IMG/VR virus record: IMGVR_UViG_3300031998_000044
Span: 26,712 to 90,711 of that record
Origin: a virus
Lineage: Duplodnaviria; Caudoviricetes
Direction: 5' to 3' (one strand)
Length of the DNA: 64,000 nucleotides
The position numbers were made by a program, and so were the translations under genes. The notes under the pieces are model-generated. The model was not told the DNA's origin. It ran no database searches and saw only the letters and a program-made list of their open reading frames with translations. Below are positions 28,227 to 38,473 of the stretch, piece after piece; positions within the stretch are counted from its first letter, which is position 1, and each line of letters opens with the position of its first letter.

Positions 28227-31200
28227 TGCACAACAACAAGGTAATGTGCAATCTTTTAAGATTCATGGAATGAAGCATGATTTATCAGAATCTGCTTTTG
28301 AAAATGAGTTTGCATTTGAGAATATGAATATGCGAATTAATATCGTAGATTCAGATAATACTCTATTGAATCTTACAAATGAAAGAGGAACTAAAGCACT
28401 CAGTTTAACTTTGCTCGGCAGACCTATTGGTTGTAAAAAATATGCTAATGACAAGATATTATTAATTACAACGCAAGACGGTTCTTCATCAACAAAGGAC
28501 CACATTTATAATATAAAAATCAATAGTAGCGATGTTATTAGTGCTGACGATTTAACAAATGGAAAGAACTATGGCTTCTCATCAAACTATCCTATAGAGA
28601 TTGAACACTATCACGATGGCGAAAAAGATTTCTTCTATCTCGCTGATGGTTTAAATAATTTTAAGACGTTTTGGATAGAAAATAATACACTAAAACCGAA
28701 TGTAAACAACATTGACTACAATAAAGAAATAAGTGGCACAGATTCAATTTTATACAGAATAATAAAGGCACAAAATGCTGAATTTTATTCTGGTGTAATT
28801 GTTTATTGTTTTTGCTATGTTACAGAACAAGGTCATAAAACAGGTATAATTGATATGACACCTGTAATAAAATTGACTAACCATGGTTTATCACATGGTT
28901 TAGAGCCAAACAAAAAAACAAACGTAGCAATTAATATCAAATGCCTAAAATTAAGTTCTAATTTTAAAAATGTAGAAATATATTCATTGTACCGCAGTTC
29001 CCTTGATGGAGATATGATAGTTAGGAAGGTAACATCAATTAACATCAAAAATTCATCTATAAAAGCACAAACAATTATTGATGATTTTAATGGCGAGAGA
29101 ATTTTAACTCCTACGGAAATACAAAATTATTATGCAGACGCTAACTATGCTATACAAAATAGGAATATAGATTTTGTCGATGAAAATAAAGGAGATATAA
29201 TCTCTTACCAGGAACTTTTAACTCGTGTTAATTCAGTACTTATACCAAGTACATTGTGTTCTAAAAATAATACTTTGTTTCTTGGTAATATAAAAACAAA
29301 TAATTTCACTGCACTTAAATCTTTAATTTCGATTAGCGGTGGCAAGACAGTAACAGATAAAGGTTCATATAATGAGAACTATTTTTATAGTAAGAACAAA
29401 TATTATGCAGGTGTACAACTACAAGACAAATACGGCAACTGGACACCTGTTATTGGAGTAAGTCAAATAACATACAAACAAAACGTTGTACTTAGTTCTA
29501 CGTTTGTAAATGCTGCAATTAATCAAGGATATATAGCAGCAAGAGGAATGATGTTAGATGATAAGAGAGTTCGTAACTCTATTGCTCAAGGAATAGGTCT
29601 GAAAACAATCAAAATAGAAGAAGGCAAATATGGTGTAGATATATATGCAGCATACTCACATACTCTCCAAAATGCAATTTTTGAAGGATTTGATGCTGAA
29701 AATCGACCTAATCTTGCTCCAGCAGAAGACACGCCATATTATCCTCCATATTTGGATGCTAAAGGTTATTCTATTGGATATACTTCATTTTATGATTTAT
29801 ATTCTCCAGATGTCGAATTTGATGAAAATTTCTATTTGGATAGCAGTGTAACACATAAAATTGAATATGCTTCCTGTGTTCCAACAGAATATTACCCAGA
29901 GATTGATGTAACACTAAGTAGTAACAATGGTGTTTTATTCAATAATTCTGACGAAATAGGTAAAGCTATATACGATACTGATTTGAATAAATTTTATTGG
30001 ATTGATTGTATTGCAAACTATCAGAACGCATTACAATTACAATTCGGAGGAGATAGCCTAAGCCAAACAAATATTTCATTGACACCTTTATATTTTCTTG
30101 ATTCTTATGATTTATACGAAGAACCAACAAAATTTAAAATATATGTTTGGCAGCCATCTGGAAGTTTAAATGATTCAGACGGCAGAGTTTCCGTTCTAAA
30201 TACTAAAAAAATTGGTTGGTATTCAGTTTGGAGCGCAGGTGCGTCAGGCAGTGGTACATATTCAACCACACTAAATAAACAAATTTATACATTTGATGGA
30301 ACTAATTCGATTATACCATTAAATTATACTACTGATTTAGGAAGTGAAACAAAAACTTATTGTGGCATAGTAAATCTAAAACTTTTCCAAAAAACATGGA
30401 CTGTTGGAACTGTAACAAATGATGATTCGAGTTCTGGATATTTTGACAGTTACAATGAACAAACAATTTTTTATGATTTTGCTCGTTCATTCATGCGTTC
30501 TACATCATTTGTAGGTCAGCCTATAGAATTTCAATATCCACAAAGAGGTGATGGACAAGCTGATTATGAATATTATAAATTCTTAATAAACTATACTGTA
30601 CACCAAAAAATACTTGATGATAATATAACAGTTAATGCTAATGCAAAAGTTTATAAATGGGATGATACATCAATACATATACATTCATATAGTAATATAA
30701 ATGGTTGGCATGACAAAGATTTTATAAACCATAGTGGTGATGGATTACCTATACTTGTATCTAACAATTTCTCAAGGAAGAATCAAATAACAGTAACATA
30801 TAGGACAAATAAACATCTTATTGCAGAACTTAATGGAAACAATGTTAAGATAAAATTTTTAATCTCTGATAATGAATCGTTAAATAACGTAGATATTGAA
30901 AGAGGTAGATGGATTGTAGCATCGCCAAAAGACATATTAACACAAAATCAAGGATTAACACTTAATATGAATCTCGATGATGTGTATGTATGGAATTCAG
31001 GAGAAAGACGTTATCAATCTCTGATTTCTGAGCCATATTCACAATATGATACGAATCAAGTTTGTTATCTTGCATCAGTAGAAGGAGTAAGCTCTTATAT
31101 CAATCCTTTTTGTAGGTGTGATAAATTTGTTAACACTACAAGCCCGATGAATATGTCTAATGAGTTCTTTAATAAGATGAATATGGTCTACAATCAGAAG

Positions 31201-32343
31201 AACAACTTTTTCATATACACAGGCATTACTGCAGATACTGTAACAGATGATACGTTGGATAACACTATTTTATATTCTGATTTAAAAGTGTCTAATGAGA
31301 AAGAAGATTCATTTATAAATCTTCCAACAACAAATTTCTTTACAATAGACAGTTCCATAACAAAAATTAACAAGCTTATAACGTATAACGATAAAATACT
31401 ATGTTTTAGCGATAATGCTATATCACAGATACTTTATAACGAAAATGTTGTAATTAATACTGAATCTGTACAATCTCTTGGATTAGCTTCTACCGATAAA
31501 GTTACAGGTTCGCAATTAATAACCAACACTTACGGTTGTTTGAACAAATGGAGTATAGGTATATTCAATAATGACTTGTACTTCATCGATGATTTGAACA
31601 ATAAATTAATGGTATATAATGGCGAATTTTTGGCTTTGAACGAGAAATTAGGTATAGAAACACTAAACAATAAGCTGATTAAAAATAAAGTGTGGAATCC
31701 AAATTCTTGGTACAATACTAAGTTTAATATTGATAAATATGCCAAAGACGTACATTACACAACAAGTGATTTTGACATAGCATTTAATAGCGAATTAGGG
31801 TCTTTCACAAGTATATACAGTTACGAAAACATATCGTTTATTGAAACAATAGGCAGTCATACAATAGCATTTAAATACAATAGTGGTAATACAAACGCAG
31901 TATATTTGCGTGAAGGAAACTATAATCAGTTCTTCGGAACTTATAAACCATTCTATACGACTGTCATTGTCAACCAAAACAGCATAATCAATAAGACGTT
32001 ATCGTATATTGAATATAGTTCAGAAGCATATTCAATGTCGAATAATACATTAGTTCCTCAACATAATTATACATTTAGCCATATCGAATTTTGGAACGAC
32101 TATCAAGAATCAAAAGATAGCCACAAAGTAAAGATTGATTACAAAATGTACGGTCAATCATTACTTAAACGAAAATTCAGAATATGGAGAATAAATCGTT
32201 TTAGAGATTATACACGATTGCCTGGACGTAATTACGATATGTTATCTAACACTTGGCACTATATGAAGTTGCTAACTGATGGTACTGCGTTAGAACAGAA
32301 TTACAAACTTACATTCCATTGGTTGAACGTATACTACCGATAA
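28201..32343 (+). CDS. crAss tail stabilisation / muzzle protein
   Basis: GMKHDLSESAFENEFAFENMNMRI N-terminus, YGCLNKWSI and C-terminal KRKFRIWR motifs; probable start MATQDL at 28201. Confidence 0.7.
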   Translation: MATQDLQNNAQQQGNVQSFKIHGMKHDLSESAFENEFAFENMNMRINIVDSDNTLLNLTNERGTKALSLTLLGRPIGCKKYANDKILLITTQDGSSSTKDHIYNIKINSSDVISADDLTNGKNYGFSSNYPIEIEHYHDGEKDFFYLADGLNNFKTFWIENNTLKPNVNNIDYNKEISGTDSILYRIIKAQNAEFYSGVIVYCFCYVTEQGHKTGIIDMTPVIKLTNHGLSHGLEPNKKTNVAINIKCLKLSSNFKNVEIYSLYRSSLDGDMIVRKVTSINIKNSSIKAQTIIDDFNGERILTPTEIQNYYADANYAIQNRNIDFVDENKGDIISYQELLTRVNSVLIPSTLCSKNNTLFLGNIKTNNFTALKSLISISGGKTVTDKGSYNENYFYSKNKYYAGVQLQDKYGNWTPVIGVSQITYKQNVVLSSTFVNAAINQGYIAARGMMLDDKRVRNSIAQGIGLKTIKIEEGKYGVDIYAAYSHTLQNAIFEGFDAENRPNLAPAEDTPYYPPYLDAKGYSIGYTSFYDLYSPDVEFDENFYLDSSVTHKIEYASCVPTEYYPEIDVTLSSNNGVLFNNSDEIGKAIYDTDLNKFYWIDCIANYQNALQLQFGGDSLSQTNISLTPLYFLDSYDLYEEPTKFKIYVWQPSGSLNDSDGRVSVLNTKKIGWYSVWSAGASGSGTYSTTLNKQIYTFDGTNSIIPLNYTTDLGSETKTYCGIVNLKLFQKTWTVGTVTNDDSSSGYFDSYNEQTIFYDFARSFMRSTSFVGQPIEFQYPQRGDGQADYEYYKFLINYTVHQKILDDNITVNANAKVYKWDDTSIHIHSYSNINGWHDKDFINHSGDGLPILVSNNFSRKNQITVTYRTNKHLIAELNGNNVKIKFLISDNESLNNVDIERGRWIVASPKDILTQNQGLTLNMNLDDVYVWNSGERRYQSLISEPYSQYDTNQVCYLASVEGVSSYINPFCRCDKFVNTTSPMNMSNEFFNKMNMVYNQKNNFFIYTGITADTVTDDTLDNTILYSDLKVSNEKEDSFINLPTTNFFTIDSSITKINKLITYNDKILCFSDNAISQILYNENVVINTESVQSLGLASTDKVTGSQLITNTYGCLNKWSIGIFNNDLYFIDDLNNKLMVYNGEFLALNEKLGIETLNNKLIKNKVWNPNSWYNTKFNIDKYAKDVHYTTSDFDIAFNSELGSFTSIYSYENISFIETIGSHTIAFKYNSGNTNAVYLREGNYNQFFGTYKPFYTTVIVNQNSIINKTLSYIEYSSEAYSMSNNTLVPQHNYTFSHIEFWNDYQESKDSHKVKIDYKMYGQSLLKRKFRIWRINRFRDYTRLPGRNYDMLSNTWHYMKLLTDGTALEQNYKLTFHWLNVYYR

Positions 32344-32363
32344 ATTCCTTATATTTTGTATAT

Positions 32364-32401
32364 TAAAAGAAAACGCCCGACATTAATTTGCCGAGCGTTT
32401 T
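32364..32401 (-). terminator. Terminator between the convergent virion operons
   Basis: On the - strand AAAACGCTCGGCA-AATTAA-TGTCGGGCGTTTT pairs fully with G-U wobbles; T tract follows. Confidence 0.7.
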
Positions 32402-32426
32402 CATTATAAACACGTATTACTAAAAA

Positions 32427-33728
32427 CTAACCCTTTGTATAAGTTATGTCAGCTACATCAGAATCAGTCATAGTTGCTTTTATAGCAATTGCCTTGATTG
32501 TGGTTGTTTCTGAAAGAGTAATCTTAGTTGCTGGGTCGTATTCAGTGCTGCCTGATGTCGGTGTAGTTGTACCATCAGTAGTATAATAAATAGTTGCACC
32601 ATCAGTAGCGCATGTAATTTCAACTACTTGGTCAGATGAAGAATCTTCCCATGCAGCAGGACTGAACTCAGGAGTTGCTACTTTTGTAGGAGTAGTATCA
32701 TCATCATCGTCGTCATCATCATCGTCGTCATCATCAACAGTGATAGTTGGATAAGAACATCCAGTTGCATTATTGATTTCTGTAACGATTGAATTGATAA
32801 CTGCTGCTTTGTCAGAAACTACAACGATGTCTTTCTCTGATTTCTGTACGCTCTCGTTGCTACCTACATAACAATAGTGAATTGTCAAGTAGTTGTACTC
32901 TTTTAAGGGGTCAACCAAAGGTTCGCTTGAAAGCGGATAAGTGTAACCATGAGGATAATCGCCGTTGATAGCAAGTGAGAAATCTTCTGCATCGGCTGTT
33001 TTCTTGCCGTTACCGAAGTATTCTGTTTCAGATGTAGATTCAGTAATGGTTGCCCATTCAACGTCTGAATTAGAATATTTAATAACAGAATCATTAAGAG
33101 TAATGCGATAACGTTCAAATGAGAACGAATTACGTTTCCAATACGGTTCAGCTTCTTTGATAATAACACTTGAAGCACTGATATCAGAAAGGTCGGTTTC
33201 CTTTGTAAGAGGAGTAATTTCCATTTCACTCGATGACGAGTAACCGATAAATACAGAAACAGGCTTGTCAGGCTCACGAGAAAAATTCTTAGCAATAGAG
33301 ATTGCAAGTTTCTTGTAAAAGTCGCTGTTAGTAAGACCTGCATAACCATGTACAGCACCGTATTTAATGTACTCATTAATATCAGACTTGTCGTAATAAC
33401 CTGCGGTTTTAACACGCAAGATATAATCTTCACCCGAGACAATATTACCCGAGTTAACATTGCTGTTAAGAGTAACAGTAAATACTTTTTTGTACATACG
33501 TTGAGATTCTGCTGATGCTGTTTTAACCCAAAGTATGTTTTTTACAGGGATGAGGTCAGAACGTGTCTGAATTCCTTTTGCGTCTACATACTTCAAAATA
33601 AGGTCACAACCGTCTCCGCCTACTTTTGCTTTAATTGTGCCAGGCGCAGCGACTACTCCGTCAGAAACGGTATTGCCGTATGCATAGGCAACAAATAATT
33701 TCTTTGCTTGGTTTGTGTTTCTACTCAT
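32427..33728 (-). CDS. Auxiliary capsid protein-like with poly-Asp linker and C-terminal CHB_HEX_C/Fn3-type domain
   Basis: Position after the two ring genes matches the order recalled for phiCrAss001 (gp32-gp36); D13 linker, then VATPEFSP...ITCATDGATIYYTTDG...TTTIKAIAIK. Confidence 0.6.
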   Translation of the reverse strand: MSRNTNQAKKLFVAYAYGNTVSDGVVAAPGTIKAKVGGDGCDLILKYVDAKGIQTRSDLIPVKNILWVKTASAESQRMYKKVFTVTLNSNVNSGNIVSGEDYILRVKTAGYYDKSDINEYIKYGAVHGYAGLTNSDFYKKLAISIAKNFSREPDKPVSVFIGYSSSSEMEITPLTKETDLSDISASSVIIKEAEPYWKRNSFSFERYRITLNDSVIKYSNSDVEWATITESTSETEYFGNGKKTADAEDFSLAINGDYPHGYTYPLSSEPLVDPLKEYNYLTIHYCYVGSNESVQKSEKDIVVVSDKAAVINSIVTEINNATGCSYPTITVDDDDDDDDDDDDDTTPTKVATPEFSPAAWEDSSSDQVVEITCATDGATIYYTTDGTTTPTSGSTEYDPATKITLSETTTIKAIAIKATMTDSDVADITYTKG

Positions 33729-33760
33729 TGTACTAAAGTATTAAATTTAACATATGTTGA

Positions 33761-34501
33761 TTATTGGTTGTTTTCTTGTGTCTGTTGTATCTGTTGTGTT
33801 ACATTGTTTCTTCTTGATTGTATTGCCATTTGAACTGCAAGTTCCAATATGTCATGATGTATACTTTCATGCAACTCACATTCGGTACGTGTCTTGACTT
33901 CTCCTCTCGTTCCTGTTAAATCTCCGAATAATGATACTGTTTGCATATTGTATGTATCACTCAAATCAGTCAGAATTATAGGATTGAGTTTCTTAATGTA
34001 CCTTACAAAATAGCGTTTCAAATCATATTTGGTCAGAATCTCTACTACATTGTTGTCAAGATTTAATCGCAATGCACGATTTTCGTTTGGTCCTTTAAAT
34101 GGATTACCAAGTATCTTTGTTAACTTGTCATGTGTCGTAGGTGCAACCGAAACTCTTTTGTTCTTCAAACATTTGTCCTTGCTGTCTAAAACTGCTTCCT
34201 CGTACACAATTAACCATAAATCAATAGGTAATTGATAAAAGTGAGAGTTATCCGAAGCAGGATATAATGGATTAATTACAGTTCCTTCATATTCTTCATT
34301 AGCAACGAATGTTCTAATCAATGGTGCTAAAATTTCCCTTGCCATTTCATTACGTTCAAATTCTTGATATAATCTCGATACGGTTATTTCCTGTGAACGT
34401 GTAAGCCATAATGACTTTTCATATTCATCGAACATTAATCCGTCTGGAATATATGCATTGACTAATATGTCCCACTCGTTGCTAAATTGTTCGGTATTCA
34501 T
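33761..34501 (-). CDS. crAss tail ring protein
   Basis: MNTEQFSNEWDIL...DEYEKSLWLTRSQE...CELHESIHHDILELAV; paralogous to 34501-35262. Confidence 0.75.
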   Translation of the reverse strand: MNTEQFSNEWDILVNAYIPDGLMFDEYEKSLWLTRSQEITVSRLYQEFERNEMAREILAPLIRTFVANEEYEGTVINPLYPASDNSHFYQLPIDLWLIVYEEAVLDSKDKCLKNKRVSVAPTTHDKLTKILGNPFKGPNENRALRLNLDNNVVEILTKYDLKRYFVRYIKKLNPIILTDLSDTYNMQTVSLFGDLTGTRGEVKTRTECELHESIHHDILELAVQMAIQSRRNNVTQQIQQTQENNQ

Positions 34502-35262
34502 TATTCACTTCTTCCTCCAATAGTTAATAATGATTGTATATCTCCAATTGCTGTAGATTTCGCAATTTCAACAGCACGTTGCAAAATCTCTGGATGTACT
34601 GATTCATCTAATTCGCAAGTTTGTTGTTGCGTTTCACCAAGTATCGTCAGTCCACCAAATGTTTCAGTGTAATCTGTAACTGTTGATAAGTCAAACAAAA
34701 TAATCGGTTTCGGAAATCTTATATACCTAATAGCATAATCAGATATTGTAGCACCTGTTTTTACAATTATCTCGGATATTGTATTCCCATTAGTTGTATC
34801 AATTCCAAGTAATCTCCATCCTTGATATTTATATGGTTGTTTGTAAGGACGAGATTTATAAAGAGATAACTCATCAAATGTAATTGGCGTAATATTTATT
34901 TCATGAGTATGGTCAGTATCATAAGTTATTGTAGCCGTTTCGTTAATTATATACATGATATTTTGCGGCAATTGATACAGTACTCCACGTTTGTCAAACT
35001 TCGTATAGTTATTCAAATTTGTAGTTATCTCTGTTGGATTGGCTATGGTAGTAAGTTTATGGAAGTCAATTTGCCTTTTAGGACTACCGTCAAAACCTTC
35101 GCCGTATTTGTTTCCTTTTGGATTAAATATATTTCTACAATATTCGATTTCAGCCTTTGTCAGCACAACAGATTTTTCGTATTCGTTCAAACCTGGTGCG
35201 GCATTGGACGATACGTTGTTATACAGAATATCAAATTCGTTACTAAACTCTTGTGCTGTCAT
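34501..35262 (-). CDS. crAss tail ring protein
   Basis: MTAQEFSNEFDILYNN...GLNEYEKSVVLTKA...CELDESVHPEILQRAVEIAK. Confidence 0.75.
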   Translation of the reverse strand: MTAQEFSNEFDILYNNVSSNAAPGLNEYEKSVVLTKAEIEYCRNIFNPKGNKYGEGFDGSPKRQIDFHKLTTIANPTEITTNLNNYTKFDKRGVLYQLPQNIMYIINETATITYDTDHTHEINITPITFDELSLYKSRPYKQPYKYQGWRLLGIDTTNGNTISEIIVKTGATISDYAIRYIRFPKPIILFDLSTVTDYTETFGGLTILGETQQQTCELDESVHPEILQRAVEIAKSTAIGDIQSLLTIGGRSE

Positions 35263-35479
35263 TGTTGTATGTATCTATCAGTTTTTCTAAATAGGTTTTA
35301 GCTTTAATCAAATCTTCTAATCCATTTTTCCCTTTGTATCGGCAAACATATTTTATTATGTTACCTTCCAAAAAACCAAGATTTTGTTCCATAATAAAGT
35401 CCCATACTTCGGTTTTACCACGTTTATAATAAGGTGGCTTTATTCCAATACTATTTGCTTCCTGTATGTCCGAACCCAT
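35243..35479 (-). CDS. DUF3310 (SaV-like) protein
   Basis: PPYYKRGKTEVWDFI...GNIIKYVCRYKGKNGLEDLIKAKTYLEKLI. Confidence 0.75.
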   Translation of the reverse strand: MGSDIQEANSIGIKPPYYKRGKTEVWDFIMEQNLGFLEGNIIKYVCRYKGKNGLEDLIKAKTYLEKLIDTYNNDSTRV

Positions 35480-35876
35480 TTTCGCCTCGTTCTCCTTCTT
35501 CTATATTTTCAACTTCTACAAAATCTGCATATAAGCAAGGAATAAGAATAATTTGAGTAACTTTATCTCCAATCTTAATCTTTTTATCTCTGCCAATATT
35601 TTGCAGCGTAGCAACTATTTCTCCTGAATATCCTTCATCAATTACTCCACGGCAAGTAATGCCGCATTTTGAATTAAGTCCAGATTTCGATTGCAACAAA
35701 CCGAAATATCCTTTTGGCATCTCAATATGCACTCCAGTATGAATATTTGCCCAATGTCCGTGTTTCAATAAAACTGTTTCGTTAGCATAAAGGTCAGCAC
35801 CTGCATCTGTAGGATATTCTCGTTTAGGGGCTTTCGCCCCCTTATCGAGCTTTATTTTAACTTGTACGTTTGTCAT
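35451..35876 (-). CDS. dut: Trimeric dUTPase
   Basis: AGADL, SKSGL, GVIDEGYSGEI, KVTQ and ERGENGFGHTG motifs. Confidence 0.9.
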   Translation of the reverse strand: MTNVQVKIKLDKGAKAPKREYPTDAGADLYANETVLLKHGHWANIHTGVHIEMPKGYFGLLQSKSGLNSKCGITCRGVIDEGYSGEIVATLQNIGRDKKIKIGDKVTQIILIPCLYADFVEVENIEEGERGENGFGHTGSK

Positions 35877-36826
35877 TTGTCAGAATTTACTTTTTGTTCA
35901 ATAGAGAACTTAATGTTATCATTTTTTATAGTATTAAGGTATTTGCAAGCGTTTGTAAGTGTCGGGTCTTCTCCGTTCTCGCACAAAGGAGTGTTTGTTT
36001 CTTTATCGTAGTAATATGTACCACGTTTAACAATAACACCTTTATCTGTTGCTCGCAAAATAAGAACTTTCGTCTTAAAGTATTTGTCTTGAACGATTTT
36101 TAAGAATGTTTTCGGGTCTGTTTCTACGTAGTTTGATACCTGCTCTTGTAAGAAACCAATCTTAGAAGTAGGCGGAATTATCTTACGCTCGAACACAGAT
36201 AATACAACTCGCATAGAATCGATACTTTCTTGAATCTTTCCAAATTCCATCCAAGATTGTTTTTTGTAATTAATCTTAGATGCTATTCTGTCATTCTCGT
36301 TATCGTTCATAATAGCGACAAACTGATATGTTTCCAAAGGACGTTCTTGCATTTCTGAAAGTGATGATGCTACAATTGCTTTGTTTGTCATCAAAATCTT
36401 GAACTTAATATAGTCCGTAGGATTAGATAAATCAAAAATAGTATCGCTCTTGCCTATCGTTACTCTGCTAATACCATATTTGTTACGTTCGTCAAAAAAG
36501 TTATCATCATGTTTATTGGGATTTAAATCACCAGGTTTTAGTCCCATTGCTTTTTCCAAACAACGTTGCTCATCTTCTGTCAAAAATTCTACGTATGAGC
36601 CATTTGGATTTTTGCGTAAACAAAATGAACGATGGCTATTGTCAGTCATACCACCAAAAAGAATGTGGTCTTTGTCCGTTACTATTCCCTTTTGTTTAGG
36701 AACAAAACGAATTATAACTTTTTCATTTGTCAAACAATTGAACGGTTCTTGTTTCTTATCAATATCAAAATCTGAACCTGCAACTGTTTCGACTTTTTCG
36801 TTAATTTGTTTTTTTTGAAAAGGCAT
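35873..36826 (-). CDS. Conserved crAss protein downstream of the major capsid gene
   Basis: LTNEKVIIRFVPK...HILFGGM...DLSNPTDYIKFKIL...TYQF; synteny with crAss-like capsid modules. Confidence 0.6.
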   Translation of the reverse strand: MPFQKKQINEKVETVAGSDFDIDKKQEPFNCLTNEKVIIRFVPKQKGIVTDKDHILFGGMTDNSHRSFCLRKNPNGSYVEFLTEDEQRCLEKAMGLKPGDLNPNKHDDNFFDERNKYGISRVTIGKSDTIFDLSNPTDYIKFKILMTNKAIVASSLSEMQERPLETYQFVAIMNDNENDRIASKINYKKQSWMEFGKIQESIDSMRVVLSVFERKIIPPTSKIGFLQEQVSNYVETDPKTFLKIVQDKYFKTKVLILRATDKGVIVKRGTYYYDKETNTPLCENGEDPTLTNACKYLNTIKNDNIKFSIEQKVNSDK

Positions 36827-36847
36827 AATATTAAAAATTTAAAAATT

Positions 36848-36902
36848 AAAAAAGGCGGGCGACACAAATCGTCGCAATGTTCCGCAGCGCAGTCGCTCGC
36901 CC
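36848..36902 (-). terminator. GC-rich hairpin/terminator after the major capsid gene
   Basis: - strand GGCGAGCGAC...GTCGCCCGCC (one mismatch, 28-nt loop) followed by T6. Confidence 0.65.
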
Positions 36903-36919
36903 ATAATTACTATAACTAT

Positions 36920-38449
36920 TTATCCTTGCAAAATTTCAGGAATAAACGCAATACACTGTGTCGGGTCGTAAACGATGATACCGCAGCTTGTCATACGGTG
37001 AATAACAGCTGAATCCTCATCGTAACTCATGTTGCCATTGTTGATTTGTCCTGTAAACGGATTTCTGAAGCCCCATTCGTAACCACGAAGTTCAGGCTCG
37101 TCTTTAATCTTACATTTAACGATGTTAGGCTGCTCTTTAGAACCTGCCCACATAAGGTCAAAACGATAAGACATAGCTTTGCCGTTATAACCAGGCATAT
37201 CAATTTTGTTCTGTACCGAATCATCATAGAACGGCTCTACGTTTACTGTGATAGTAATACCGTTAGGTCCACGATATTCTACGTACTGCGAACCAACAGA
37301 AAGCGATGTGTCATGAAGTGCATTAGATACTTTCTTAACGATACCAAGAGAATCGCCTGTAAAGTTAGTAGGAACGAATGTGCCAAGGTTGTCTTTCATC
37401 CACTGATGGAAAAGCATAGCACCGTTAAGACCGCAGTTAAGAATCCATTTGCGCTGTTGAATCGGGAGATTAGACGAATGGTCACGAACACATTCGATAA
37501 TCATAGGAATAACAACTGCAGGGTCGTTGTAGTAGTGAATATCACTTACGGATGTTTGTTCGAGCAAACCTGCACCTGTAATAATCGAACGACCTGATTT
37601 GCCTTTGGTAAGATACTCACCATTAGCAGAACGGTTAGAACGTCCGAAAATCATTGCACGGTTCTGGTAGCCTACAAACTCCTGCTCAACTTGGTATTCA
37701 ACATAAGACATCCACATATTGAATGTTTTCATTGCTTCACCTTGTTTTACAGGAACTGCGACAACGTACTTGTTCTTCAATGTTCCAGCGTCACCGCCTA
37801 CTTTGTGCTGAATACGTACTGTTGACCATTCGTTAGACATTCCAGAAGGACGGCTAAAACGGATATCGCCAACCTTACGAGAGAACTCACGTTCAACGAA
37901 AGCGGCAAATACTGAGAATTTCTCACCGTAAAGCAAACGCTCAGGCGGAACACCATTTGTATTGCCACCGCCTAAAACTACTTTATAAACGAAGTCAGTA
38001 CCTTCTTCTATCGGGTCTTCTTGGATAATGAATTGGTAAATTTCATTAAGGTTGCCAATGATTGTTTCACCGTCTGCAAACCATTTTTCACCAAATACAA
38101 GATAGAAGGGTTCTTGTCCAGCACCTACGAAACCTGAGTATTGGTCGTCGATTACGTTGCCATCGAAGTCTCTTGCTTCTTTAAGAGGAATGTTACGGTA
38201 GTTAGAACCAACAATATTCCAAGTAATAGGAACGTGCCGTTCAAACTCCTTAGTGGGATATTTGCTCAAGATTGAATCCAATCCTGGACCTACGTTGTAG
38301 TCGAGAAGTTGGTGAATGAATTTCTCCGAACCTTCTCTGTCTTGTTGAAAATAGTTACCTATCCAATACTTCGCAATGTCGTCTGTTGCTGTTGTGCCAG
38401 CCCAGCCTTCAAAGGATTTCATTTGATAAGGTTGTAATCTTGCTGCCAT
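36920..38449 (-). CDS. Major capsid protein (crAss-like)
   Basis: RNIPLKEARD...PFYLVFGEKWFADGE..IGNLNEIYQF...SRKVGDIRF...NEWSTVRIQHKV closely follows the recalled phiCrAss001-type MCP. Confidence 0.9.
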   Translation of the reverse strand: MAARLQPYQMKSFEGWAGTTATDDIAKYWIGNYFQQDREGSEKFIHQLLDYNVGPGLDSILSKYPTKEFERHVPITWNIVGSNYRNIPLKEARDFDGNVIDDQYSGFVGAGQEPFYLVFGEKWFADGETIIGNLNEIYQFIIQEDPIEEGTDFVYKVVLGGGNTNGVPPERLLYGEKFSVFAAFVEREFSRKVGDIRFSRPSGMSNEWSTVRIQHKVGGDAGTLKNKYVVAVPVKQGEAMKTFNMWMSYVEYQVEQEFVGYQNRAMIFGRSNRSANGEYLTKGKSGRSIITGAGLLEQTSVSDIHYYNDPAVVIPMIIECVRDHSSNLPIQQRKWILNCGLNGAMLFHQWMKDNLGTFVPTNFTGDSLGIVKKVSNALHDTSLSVGSQYVEYRGPNGITITVNVEPFYDDSVQNKIDMPGYNGKAMSYRFDLMWAGSKEQPNIVKCKIKDEPELRGYEWGFRNPFTGQINNGNMSYDEDSAVIHRMTSCGIIVYDPTQCIAFIPEILQG

Positions 38450-38473
38450 GTTATATAAATTTTGTGGTTGTTT

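Noticed and set aside
27320-35479. Active invertible segment between the two DUF3310 copies
   Set aside because: The copies are too diverged for efficient recombination, and no shared short inverted crossover site or invertase was seen.
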